Part shown: positions 41,324-48,291 of the stretch, piece after piece
How the letters are laid out: every line of letters begins with the position of its first letter
How positions within the stretch are numbered: the first letter of the stretch is position 1
IMG/VR virus record: IMGVR_UViG_3300017971_000035
Span: 6,357-70,356 of that record
Source: a virus
Length of the DNA stretch: 64,000 bases
Reading direction: 5' to 3' (one strand)
Notes under the pieces: generated by a model
What the model saw: only the letters and a program-made list of their open reading frames with translations
What the model was told of the DNA's origin: nothing
The model's database searches: none
Position numbers and translations under genes: made by a program

Positions 41324-41740
41324 ATGAGTGATTTTTTAGCCATGGCCGAACGATTAGGCGGCATTGACCAGGAGCACATAGACCCCCAGGTCTACAATCA
41401 TGCCTCAAAGCCACTAGGAAACGGCCATGAGACCCAGGCCGCGGCCGCATTGTCCGAATTGATGCAGGAGCACCAGTTCACTGATGAAGACGAGTGCATG
41501 GAATTCATGGGCTCAATATCCAATGAGAGCCATGTCCGGCAATCCATTTTCATCAAATACGGAGCTGAAGCAGCCGAGGAATATGAGCCATGCGTCCAGG
41601 TGAAGCCGAAGACCGAGTGGCTGAGGAATGGCTATGTCATCCGAGAGGGTGAGCAGAGGCTGTGCGGAATTATTACATATCATCATGGTCAGCAGCAAGA
41701 GGTTGACATGTGGCACATCAACCAGGTGGAGAGGAAATAA
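41324..41740 (+). CDS. Hypothetical early protein (acidic)
   Basis: AAGGAG SD before the ATG at 41324. Confidence 0.65.
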   Translation: MSDFLAMAERLGGIDQEHIDPQVYNHASKPLGNGHETQAAAALSELMQEHQFTDEDECMEFMGSISNESHVRQSIFIKYGAEAAEEYEPCVQVKPKTEWLRNGYVIREGEQRLCGIITYHHGQQQEVDMWHINQVERK

Positions 41741-41743
41741 CCA

Positions 41744-42325
41744 CTAATTGAAGGACTTCTGGACGAGCCTTTGGTAATTGGCAGCAAGCTCCTGGGCTGT
41801 CTTACCCTTCATATCCTCTTTGGATAAGTGGAGATGGAGATGTTTTTCTCCCCCGCCTCCAGAGAGCCTGTTCAGAAGCTCCTTCAGTGCCTCGACCTTG
41901 TTGTAGGGCTTGACCACGATGTAAGGAATGCCTTGAGCATTGAGCTTCACAGTCATTTCCTGGATGACAGAGGTGTCCATATCCTCGAATTCCTCGAAAG
42001 TAAGGCCCAATTCACCATCCTGGAGCTTGTGCTTAAAGTCAGTGGCAATATCCTTAAAGTCAAAAAAGGCTATTTTGCCAAGTTCATTCAGACACTCATC
42101 GAGGGTAATATCGCATCGTTGTTTGGCACTTTGGATACGATTCTGAATTTCCCTCTTAACATTTGGCTCTTTTAGCCAGTTTTTGGCAGTTGATATCGAA
42201 ATTCCTGTTTTTTGAGCAGCCATTTTCCTGTTATTACTCAGGAGCAGGCAGTTAATAAACGCATTTTGCTCTGGTTTTAGAGGGATGTCCTCGTCACGGG
42301 TGATGAGTTGCTTTGATTCGTCCAT
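41744..42325 (-). CDS. terS: Terminase small subunit
   Basis: L.PEQNAF...N...AA...G.S...A...L..PNV...I, L.EL.KIAF.D and Y.K.EAL..L match the Terminase_2-type pattern. Confidence 0.8.
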   Translation of the reverse strand: MDESKQLITRDEDIPLKPEQNAFINCLLLSNNRKMAAQKTGISISTAKNWLKEPNVKREIQNRIQSAKQRCDITLDECLNELGKIAFFDFKDIATDFKHKLQDGELGLTFEEFEDMDTSVIQEMTVKLNAQGIPYIVVKPYNKVEALKELLNRLSGGGGEKHLHLHLSKEDMKGKTAQELAANYQRLVQKSFN

Positions 42326-42504
42326 GTCTCTTTATTATACTCTTTTTTGAAGGAAAGGTAAATAAATAAGTTGTCATTTTTTCTTTGTACAGAAAATAAC
42401 TGGGTGGCTTTGTTCCCCGAAGGGTGGCTCTGTTTCCTTATGACTCTCTATGGAGGTTGGCATTAATTAGGACTTAGCCGCCCCTTAAAAATTGGAAGGA
42501 TATC

Positions 42505-42807
42505 ATGTCGGATGAGAAATTAGATGAGCAAAAAGTAAGCGTTGATTATGTCGATGCAGTAGCCATGTTGGCCGAGGACGAGTTCATCCATACCTTCATG
42601 AATCCATGGGCTAATATGCTCATGGGTGCCGATAAGTCCCGTGAATCCATCATAAATGAAATGCAGGATGCTGACATTCAGATTGGCGGCAAAATGTGCC
42701 GAGCTATGGGCCATGGCCTGGTCATGAAGACCAATGAGAAAACATTATTCATACAAGTGGACGATAAGAAGATTGAGGAATATTTACAAAATAGAAATTG
42801 TGACTGA
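42505..42807 (+). CDS. Hypothetical protein
   Basis: 100 aa; IHTF...GAD...GHGL. Confidence 0.65.
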   Translation: MSDEKLDEQKVSVDYVDAVAMLAEDEFIHTFMNPWANMLMGADKSRESIINEMQDADIQIGGKMCRAMGHGLVMKTNEKTLFIQVDDKKIEEYLQNRNCD

Positions 42808-43007
42808 TGCCATCATTTGACCTGGAATTTGAAGTCTACTGCTCGTGTGGTGGCGGTCTCTGTAATCAATCAGACACCAATAAGAATGGTCATTCCCATT
42901 ATGTCACAGTTGAGCCCTGTGAGTCCTGTATCGATGATGCCAAGGAAGAAGGAAAAGAAACGGTTTTGAATAATCCTGATGAATATGATTTACAAGAGAA
43001 GGAGTAA
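42807..43007 (+). CDS. Small Cys-rich protein
   Basis: CSCG..LC...PC..C. Confidence 0.6.
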   Translation: MPSFDLEFEVYCSCGGGLCNQSDTNKNGHSHYVTVEPCESCIDDAKEEGKETVLNNPDEYDLQEKE

Positions 43008-43057
43008 TATTTTTATTTAGGACTTAGCCGACCTCTAATTTTTTGAAAGGAAATAGC

Positions 43058-43267
43058 ATGCCCACAGGAAAAGTAAAGTTTTTTCAGGCCGACAAGGGAT
43101 ACGGTTTCATAGTCCCTGATAATGGTGACAAAGACATATTTGTCCACGCTTCCGGCCTCAATGGAATCAATAAACTGGATCCCGATGACTTGGTAGAATA
43201 CGAGGTTGGCGAGGGCAAAAAGGGCCCTGTTGCCAAGAATGTCCAGATTATTCATGAAGATGCCTGA
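43058..43267 (+). CDS. csp: Cold-shock domain protein
   Basis: GKVKFF..DKGYGFI (RNP1), DIFVH (RNP2) and KGPVA.NV. Confidence 0.95.
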   Translation: MPTGKVKFFQADKGYGFIVPDNGDKDIFVHASGLNGINKLDPDDLVEYEVGEGKKGPVAKNVQIIHEDA

Positions 43268-43541
43268 AGGTGATATCTGCCATAGTGATGCAGATCCCGG
43301 GTTATAGAATGAGTCGATATCCTATGAAAATAGTCATGAGGATATTACCATCATCCAAGGATTATCAAAGAAAACCGGTTCCACCACTCGTACCTGGGCA
43401 TTCTGCAGGTATGGTTCTGGTAACCAGGTATGGAATTGGAAATGATCGAGAATTTGATATGATAAGTACTTCCCGGCCTCGAAATATTATCACCCTGTTA
43501 ACCATAGAATCCATTCACGGAGTATCCAGGAGGATTTCAGC

Positions 43542-43955
43542 ATGAAAGTAATTGTGGCCGGCACCAGGACGATTACGGATACAGCGCTGGTTGCAGAGGC
43601 CATACAGGCTTCTCGGTTTCACATCACGGAGCTGGTCTCAGGCCACTGCCATGGGGTAGACCAGCTCGGTGAGGCGTGGGCCGCCGAGAACAGGATCCCC
43701 GTGAAGCTGTTTCCGTTCCGGAGTGACCTGGGCAAGGCCGGAGGTCCCATCCGGAATACCCAAATGGCAAAATACGCTGATGCCCTTATTGCTGTTTGGG
43801 ATGGTAAGTCCCGGGGAACAGCCGATATGGTCAGAAAGGCTTTTAAATACGGATGTCACGTTTATCAATTAAGGATTACGAATTATGACTTTTCATGTAC
43901 CGGAAAAATACCGGATTATCAAGGGCTTGTTGGCCAGCTCGCAGCACGAAGGTAA
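43542..43955 (+). CDS. SLOG/YspA-like (DUF2493) protein
   Basis: VIVAGTR, SG..HGVD, AGGPIRN.QM and WDGKSRGT.DM motifs. Confidence 0.85.
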   Translation: MKVIVAGTRTITDTALVAEAIQASRFHITELVSGHCHGVDQLGEAWAAENRIPVKLFPFRSDLGKAGGPIRNTQMAKYADALIAVWDGKSRGTADMVRKAFKYGCHVYQLRITNYDFSCTGKIPDYQGLVGQLAARR

Positions 43956-44241
43956 TAATGGCTGCTTCATGTTTAAGCATCATGGGAACTGGGTGAAATG
44001 TGTGGTTTCTGATGGTTTTGGATGGGAACATGTGTCAGTCAGCCTGGAAAAAAAGAAATGTCCAAACTGGGGAATTATGTGCGCGGTCAAAGATCTTTTC
44101 TGGGATCCGGAGGACTGTGTTATCCAGTTTCATCCACCGGCCAGTGCCTATGTCAATGCACACCCATACTGCCTGCATTTATGGCGTAAAATAGGCCATG
44201 AATATGAAATTCCTGACTCGATTTTGGTAGGACCTAAATAA
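43885..44241 (+). CDS. Conserved phage hypothetical protein
   Basis: GWEHVSVS...P.W..MC.VKDLFW...HP...YVN.HPYCLHLW. Confidence 0.8.
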   Translation: MTFHVPEKYRIIKGLLASSQHEGNNGCFMFKHHGNWVKCVVSDGFGWEHVSVSLEKKKCPNWGIMCAVKDLFWDPEDCVIQFHPPASAYVNAHPYCLHLWRKIGHEYEIPDSILVGPK

Positions 44242-44276
44242 TTATCCTCCATAAGAATGCTGGGGGGTAATTTTTT
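44240..44276 (+). terminator. Terminator-like hairpin
   Basis: AATTATCCTCC...GGGGGGTAATT followed by a T-run. Confidence 0.55.
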
Positions 44277-44308
44277 ACTTTTCTTAAAACTAACGTGGAT
44301 TTTAAACC

Positions 44309-44352
44309 AAAATCAATGATAACTTGATTTTTGTATCATTTTTGATTATAAT
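44309..44352 (+). promoter_or_regulatory. Sigma70-like promoter with overlapping palindrome
   Basis: TTGATT (44324), 17 nt, TATAAT (44347); inverted repeat AAAATCAA-N7-TTGATTTT at 44309-44331. Confidence 0.6.
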
Positions 44353-44362
44353 AAATATATAT

Positions 44363-44536
44363 ATGGATATGGCAACAATTATACAGCGGCTGAGAGCCAA
44401 AGTAACTCGGTATATTAATTGTGATGCCGAGCCCTGCGACAGTTGTGGTAATATCCATTCCTACCAGGAGTTGCTAAATGAGATAAGCCAGGAAGCGACT
44501 CAGTACGGACTCACTCTGGAAGATATCGGAATATAG
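44363..44536 (+). CDS. Small hypothetical protein
   Basis: First ATG downstream of the promoter; contains CxxC. Confidence 0.4.
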   Translation: MDMATIIQRLRAKVTRYINCDAEPCDSCGNIHSYQELLNEISQEATQYGLTLEDIGI

Positions 44537-44590
44537 AACCCCGGGGAGGCGGCTTGCTGATGGGCCCCTCCCCATAATGGGGGGTATTTT

Positions 44591-44764
44591 ATGATTGTGA
44601 CCCTTAACGACCAGCAATATGATGTCAAATGGCACTTCGACAGAGACTACCTGTTCATCGATTCCGTTGATGATGTTCCATCTGTAAATTTACAGGTCAA
44701 ATTTTTGAATATGATTAAAGGCTTTGTGAAAATTCAATTACATGAAAGGAGTAAGGAGCTATGA
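44591..44764 (+). CDS. Small hypothetical protein (57 aa)
   Basis: Manual translation MIVTLNDQQYDVKWHF...; ATGA overlap with the next gene. Confidence 0.45.
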   Translation: MIVTLNDQQYDVKWHFDRDYLFIDSVDDVPSVNLQVKFLNMIKGFVKIQLHERSKEL

Positions 44765-45276
44765 AAATCATCGAAGCTCTTAAGCAGCTTAAAGACCTGG
44801 AGAGAAAGGCCGACGATCTCCAGAAGAAAGTCATGGACCACACGGCCATCATGGATTTTGAGGATCCGGTTTACAAAGACCAGCATAAGAAAGTACGGTC
44901 ATGGATTGATGCTTTCCATGGTATCCAGGAAGAAATACTCCGGTTACATTGTGCCATTCAGGTCACGAATCTACAGACTCCTGTGGAAATCAAAATTTCT
45001 GATGCAAAGGCGAAGACCAGGACTATTGCAGAGTGGGTCATCAGGCGCCGGAAGACTGCCAAAAGGGAATTTAACTTCTGGGCCCATGTGAATGACCGCG
45101 GCCTGGTTACCAAACCCATTGTCAAGAAGGGCCAAACCGAACCTGAGATTGCAAAGGTCATCAGGTTCTATGATCCTGAAGAAAGAGATACCATGGTCGA
45201 GAGGTTGAGAGCTGAGGATGCGGCCATCGATGCGGCTCTTGAAATTGTCAATGCAAAAACAGATCTTATCGAATAA
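44761..45276 (+). CDS. DIP1984/DUF6847-like coiled-coil protein
   Basis: MKIIEALK..KDL.RK..DL at the N-terminus, AIQ.TNL.T.V...TIAEW centrally, and ID..L...NA.TDL at the C-terminus. Confidence 0.65.
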   Translation: MKIIEALKQLKDLERKADDLQKKVMDHTAIMDFEDPVYKDQHKKVRSWIDAFHGIQEEILRLHCAIQVTNLQTPVEIKISDAKAKTRTIAEWVIRRRKTAKREFNFWAHVNDRGLVTKPIVKKGQTEPEIAKVIRFYDPEERDTMVERLRAEDAAIDAALEIVNAKTDLIE

Positions 45277-45491
45277 CTGCCGGTTCAACCCTCGGCCGGG
45301 GAGCCACAGTAAGGAAGTATGAATGGCGAGATTGCCCAAGGGCCTTGGGAACTGGCCAGGCCAGCTTCTTCAGAGGGGAAGAATTTATATTACTGAGGAG
45401 TAGTAGCTTTCGCTAGGAAACTCATACACCGTGAACGAAGATAAAAACTGGAAAAGGAGGCGTTCTCATTTGACGATACTAAATGAAACCA

Positions 45492-45567
45492 TGCAACTTA
45501 GCTCAGTTGGTTAGAGCAACAGAGAGTAATCTGTAGGTAGTGCGTTCGAATCGCACAGATGCAGCCA
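45492..45567 (+). tRNA. tRNA-like element with an aberrant 6-nt anticodon loop (no assignable anticodon)
   Basis: Acceptor TGCAACT/AGATGCA (1 mismatch), D arm GCTC-AGTTGGTTA-GAGC, anticodon arm ACAGA-GAGTAA-TCTGT, T arm GTGCG-TTCGAAT-CGCAC, 3' GCCA. Confidence 0.85.
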
Positions 45568-45594
45568 ATCAACGGCTCGCAGGCGTAGTGTCTG

Positions 45595-45680
45595 CTCAAC
45601 ATCAAGGCTCAAGTCTCAAGAATTAAGTAAGTAAGGTTCAATCGGTTCAAGTGAAAAAGGTACAAGAACGCAAGGCTAAT
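45595..45680 (+). repeat. Degenerate (C/T)AAG array, about 7-nt period, 12-13 units
   Basis: CAAC atCAAG gctCAAG tctCAAG aatTAAG TAAG TAAG gttCAAT cggttCAAG tgaaAAAG gtaCAAG aacgCAAG gcTAAT. Confidence 0.75.
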
Positions 45681-45777
45681 CGGAAGACGAATGAGCTTCT
45701 GAATGTCCTCGGATAAGTTATTTTCCTCATTAACCCAGGTTACTTCCGAGGCTTCTCGTTTGGGGTGTACCAGAATC

Positions 45778-45816
45778 AAAATCGTGGCTTACTCTGTGAA
45801 GCCACGATTTTTTTTT
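45778..45816 (+). terminator. Rho-independent terminator
   Basis: AAAATCGTGGCTT-N8-AAGCCACGATTTT plus further Ts. Confidence 0.9.
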
Positions 45817-45826
45817 GGAGGTAAAC

Positions 45827-46120
45827 ATGTCAGTAAATGGAATTGATATTACAGATGTTATAATCTTTCCTGTGAAAAATAAACCGGAAGATTCATGCCT
45901 TGCTGCATTTGCAAGGATAGTTTTTAATGACCAATTCATCGTATCTGGTATCAGAGTTTTCGAAGGAGAAAATGGACCTTTTATAAAATTTCCACAAGAA
46001 TATAACAGGAATGTTGGTAAAGGATATGATGTCTGTTTTCCAATCACAGCAGAACTCCGATGTTATATCCATGACCAAGTTCTTAGCCAGTATTCAATCA
46101 CTATGGAGATAAAATCATAA
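45827..46120 (+). CDS. spoVG: SpoVG-family protein 2
   Basis: ITDV.IFP, LAAFARIVFNDQFIVSGIRVFEG.NG.FI.FP and YDVCFPITAELR. Confidence 0.9.
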   Translation: MSVNGIDITDVIIFPVKNKPEDSCLAAFARIVFNDQFIVSGIRVFEGENGPFIKFPQEYNRNVGKGYDVCFPITAELRCYIHDQVLSQYSITMEIKS

Positions 46121-46368
46121 TGTTAGCATACAGACTTGTACGTTTATACGGAAGCAAATTAGTGGGTCGTATTGTACACACGATACCTTATGGTTCATGG
46201 CCTGGAGGATTTGCAAGAGTCAAGTGGATAAATAAAGATTCAAGTTGTCCAGAGATATCTTTCTTTGTTGAAGGTAATCAAATTGATCCAGATGAAGAAA
46301 AGCCATTTGGTGTGATGGGTGTTTTTGAAAATGAAGAAGTTACCCTCACGTTAAAAAGGAAATTATGA
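46120..46368 (+). CDS. Hypothetical protein
   Basis: 82 aa, translationally coupled. Confidence 0.55.
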   Translation: MLAYRLVRLYGSKLVGRIVHTIPYGSWPGGFARVKWINKDSSCPEISFFVEGNQIDPDEEKPFGVMGVFENEEVTLTLKRKL

Positions 46369-47012
46369 AACCAGGTCATATATATTATAATTCAGAAACA
46401 CCTTTACTTGCAGCTCTTTGTCTGAATACTGAAAGGGCTTTTAAAAAAGGTCGAATAAACCAACATTATCCTGTCAAAATACATGGTAAGGAATATGCTG
46501 ATGCTGACCTCGCTTATATAGAAGAGAAGAAAACTTGGCCTCTTGGTAAAATTAGATATCAACTCATGACAGACATTCTCACTAAGAAACTGCATCAAAA
46601 TTATTCATTGGTAAATGGATTGACAGAACAGGGTGGCGATGATTTCCTAAAAAAATGTTTTGCTTATATTGACCTCGCTGAGTGGTGGGGATCCAGGGAT
46701 TCAGAAGGACAATTTATGCTGGCTTTAAGAACAGCATACAGGCTGAATCATGCTATCGATGATGGTAGACTCTGGTGTTTATATCTTGAACATGCCAATC
46801 CAATAGAATGTATGATTGATAAAGATTTGAGAGGTTACTTGAAAAGGTATAGCGCATTTGCTTATAATAATAAAGTTACGATTCTGGAACAAAATCCTAA
46901 TAGGAAAAGTGAATGGGCTGAGAAAGCCAGAGAAGGTAAGAGTGTTGCTCAATTATTTCTCAATGGCAAATATCATGGAGTTTATGTAGACGGAGAGTTT
47001 ACGAGGTATTAA
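46365..47012 (+). CDS. Hypothetical protein with a divergent NADAR-like N-terminal domain
   Basis: YPV.I.GK.Y..A..AY...LM.DIL..KL.QN..L...L...WWG....G.FM.AL follows NADAR/YbiA motif order. Confidence 0.4.
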   Translation: MKPGHIYYNSETPLLAALCLNTERAFKKGRINQHYPVKIHGKEYADADLAYIEEKKTWPLGKIRYQLMTDILTKKLHQNYSLVNGLTEQGGDDFLKKCFAYIDLAEWWGSRDSEGQFMLALRTAYRLNHAIDDGRLWCLYLEHANPIECMIDKDLRGYLKRYSAFAYNNKVTILEQNPNRKSEWAEKAREGKSVAQLFLNGKYHGVYVDGEFTRY

Positions 47013-47251
47013 TGTTATTTGTCGCAGTATATCATGATCCAAGAACCCAGGAACAACTCGAAGGTTTTGCCATTCTTAAAGAAAAAATGGAGGATAAACC
47101 AGACCATGAGTTTGAATTTGGCGGCAAGATATTTCAATACAGAAACGTTAAATTCATTGGTGATGAAGGAACTTATGGCCGATGGATTGAAAAGCCTAAT
47201 CCTAATAATGCTATGTATATAACAAGAGACCAATGGCCGTGGAGACCGTGA
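47012..47251 (+). CDS. Hypothetical protein
   Basis: 79 aa, coupled to the upstream gene. Confidence 0.55.
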   Translation: MLFVAVYHDPRTQEQLEGFAILKEKMEDKPDHEFEFGGKIFQYRNVKFIGDEGTYGRWIEKPNPNNAMYITRDQWPWRP

Positions 47252-47508
47252 TGACATATCCTTATGAAGATATTAAATGCAGTTGCGATGAAGCTCTCAG
47301 TCTTAGAAATGATCTTCGTGTACTCATAAAAGAAATGTTTCAAATTTGTGAAGTTACTGGTTATATGGATAATATGTCAAATGAGTGCAAAATTGTTCTC
47401 AAGAAACATGAATATATTAAATGACTCGCTGCCGCTTCTCCCTCTCTCTGAGAGAAGCGTCTGCTCCTTTCAACCATAGAATAGCTCACTTTAAAAAAGG
47501 AGGATAAG

Positions 47509-47832
47509 ATGAGTATTAATGGTATAGAAATCACCGATGTGGTGATATTCCCAATCAAAAACAAACAGGAAGGAAGTAACCTTCAATCATTTGCCAAGGT
47601 TCTTTTCAATGACACATTCTGTATCACAGGGATACGAATCGTCGAAGGAAAGAACGGCTTATTTCTCGGTTTCCCTCAACAGTATAAAAAGGAAGAGGGA
47701 AAGGGATACGATATTTGCTTCCCGACTACGGCCGACATGCGAGAGTATATAACCGATCAGGTTCTTGCTCAGTATGAGCTGGCAAAAAACGTTGATGCTG
47801 ATCCTCAAGAAGGAAATGAAAGCCAGTATTAA
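47509..47832 (+). CDS. spoVG: SpoVG-family protein 3
   Basis: ITDVVIFP, FAKVLFNDTFCITGIRIVEGKNGLFLGFP and YDICFPTT; AAGGAGG SD. Confidence 0.92.
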   Translation: MSINGIEITDVVIFPIKNKQEGSNLQSFAKVLFNDTFCITGIRIVEGKNGLFLGFPQQYKKEEGKGYDICFPTTADMREYITDQVLAQYELAKNVDADPQEGNESQY

Positions 47833-47927
47833 TCCGCATTTTTAAGTCCAGGAGCGTATTTATTGCGTTCCTGGCACCAAAATTCTATAATAGGAATAAC
47901 CCTTTCACTTCAACCAAAGGAGGCAAA

Positions 47928-48224
47928 TTGAGAAAAATATTATTCTTTCTGATTTTCTCAGTTTTCATTTCTTTCTCTTCCTCCATGGCTTTTCAGCCGG
48001 AAGTGGAGATCACGGCATCGGAGCTAATGATTGATGAACAACCGATGGCCGTTTCGCCCGAATGGGCCATTGAAAAAACTTTTATATATCATGAAACCTG
48101 GCCGGATAGGGAGGTAACCAGAATAATCAAGGGACCGATACAGGGCTCCGAGGTATTATTTTGGTATATAGCGCCTCACGTACCGGATTACAATATCCTG
48201 CCAGAAGTAATCGAACGTACTTAA
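47928..48224 (+). CDS. Putative secreted protein
   Basis: MRKILFFLIFSVFISFSSSMA resembles a signal peptide; AAGGAGG SD. Confidence 0.55.
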   Translation: MRKILFFLIFSVFISFSSSMAFQPEVEITASELMIDEQPMAVSPEWAIEKTFIYHETWPDREVTRIIKGPIQGSEVLFWYIAPHVPDYNILPEVIERT

Positions 48225-48242
48225 ATTTATTTGACGAGATTC

Positions 48243-48282
48243 AAAACCGTTGCTCTTGTTATGAGAGCAACGGTTTTTTTTT
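48243..48282 (+). terminator. Rho-independent terminator
   Basis: AAAACCGTTGCTCT...AGAGCAACGGTTTTTTTTT. Confidence 0.9.
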
Positions 48283-48291
48283 GGGGAAGAT

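Larger units (their letters stand above)
42467..43030 (+). repeat. 14-bp direct repeat TTAGGACTTAGCCG at 42467 and 43017
   Basis: Exact copies, both intergenic, 24-27 nt upstream of start codons. Confidence 0.8.
45425..45769 (+). ncRNA. Putative structured ncRNA (unnamed)
   Basis: Closing stem TACACC(45425)/GGTGTA(45764) plus TGAACG/CGTTTG. Internal CCTCGG(45707)/CCGAGG(45746). Encloses a tRNA-like element and a YAAG array; no ORF. Confidence 0.6.

Noticed and set aside
45492-45567. Functional tRNA-Tyr/Thr or a suppressor tRNA indicating genome recoding
   Set aside because: The loop is 6 nt without U33. Genes are intact under the standard code and all three stop codons are used.
45595-45680. 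Mini CRISPR array or microsatellite
   Set aside because: Units are 4 nt with 0-5 nt variable spacers: far too short for CRISPR and not perfect tandem copies.
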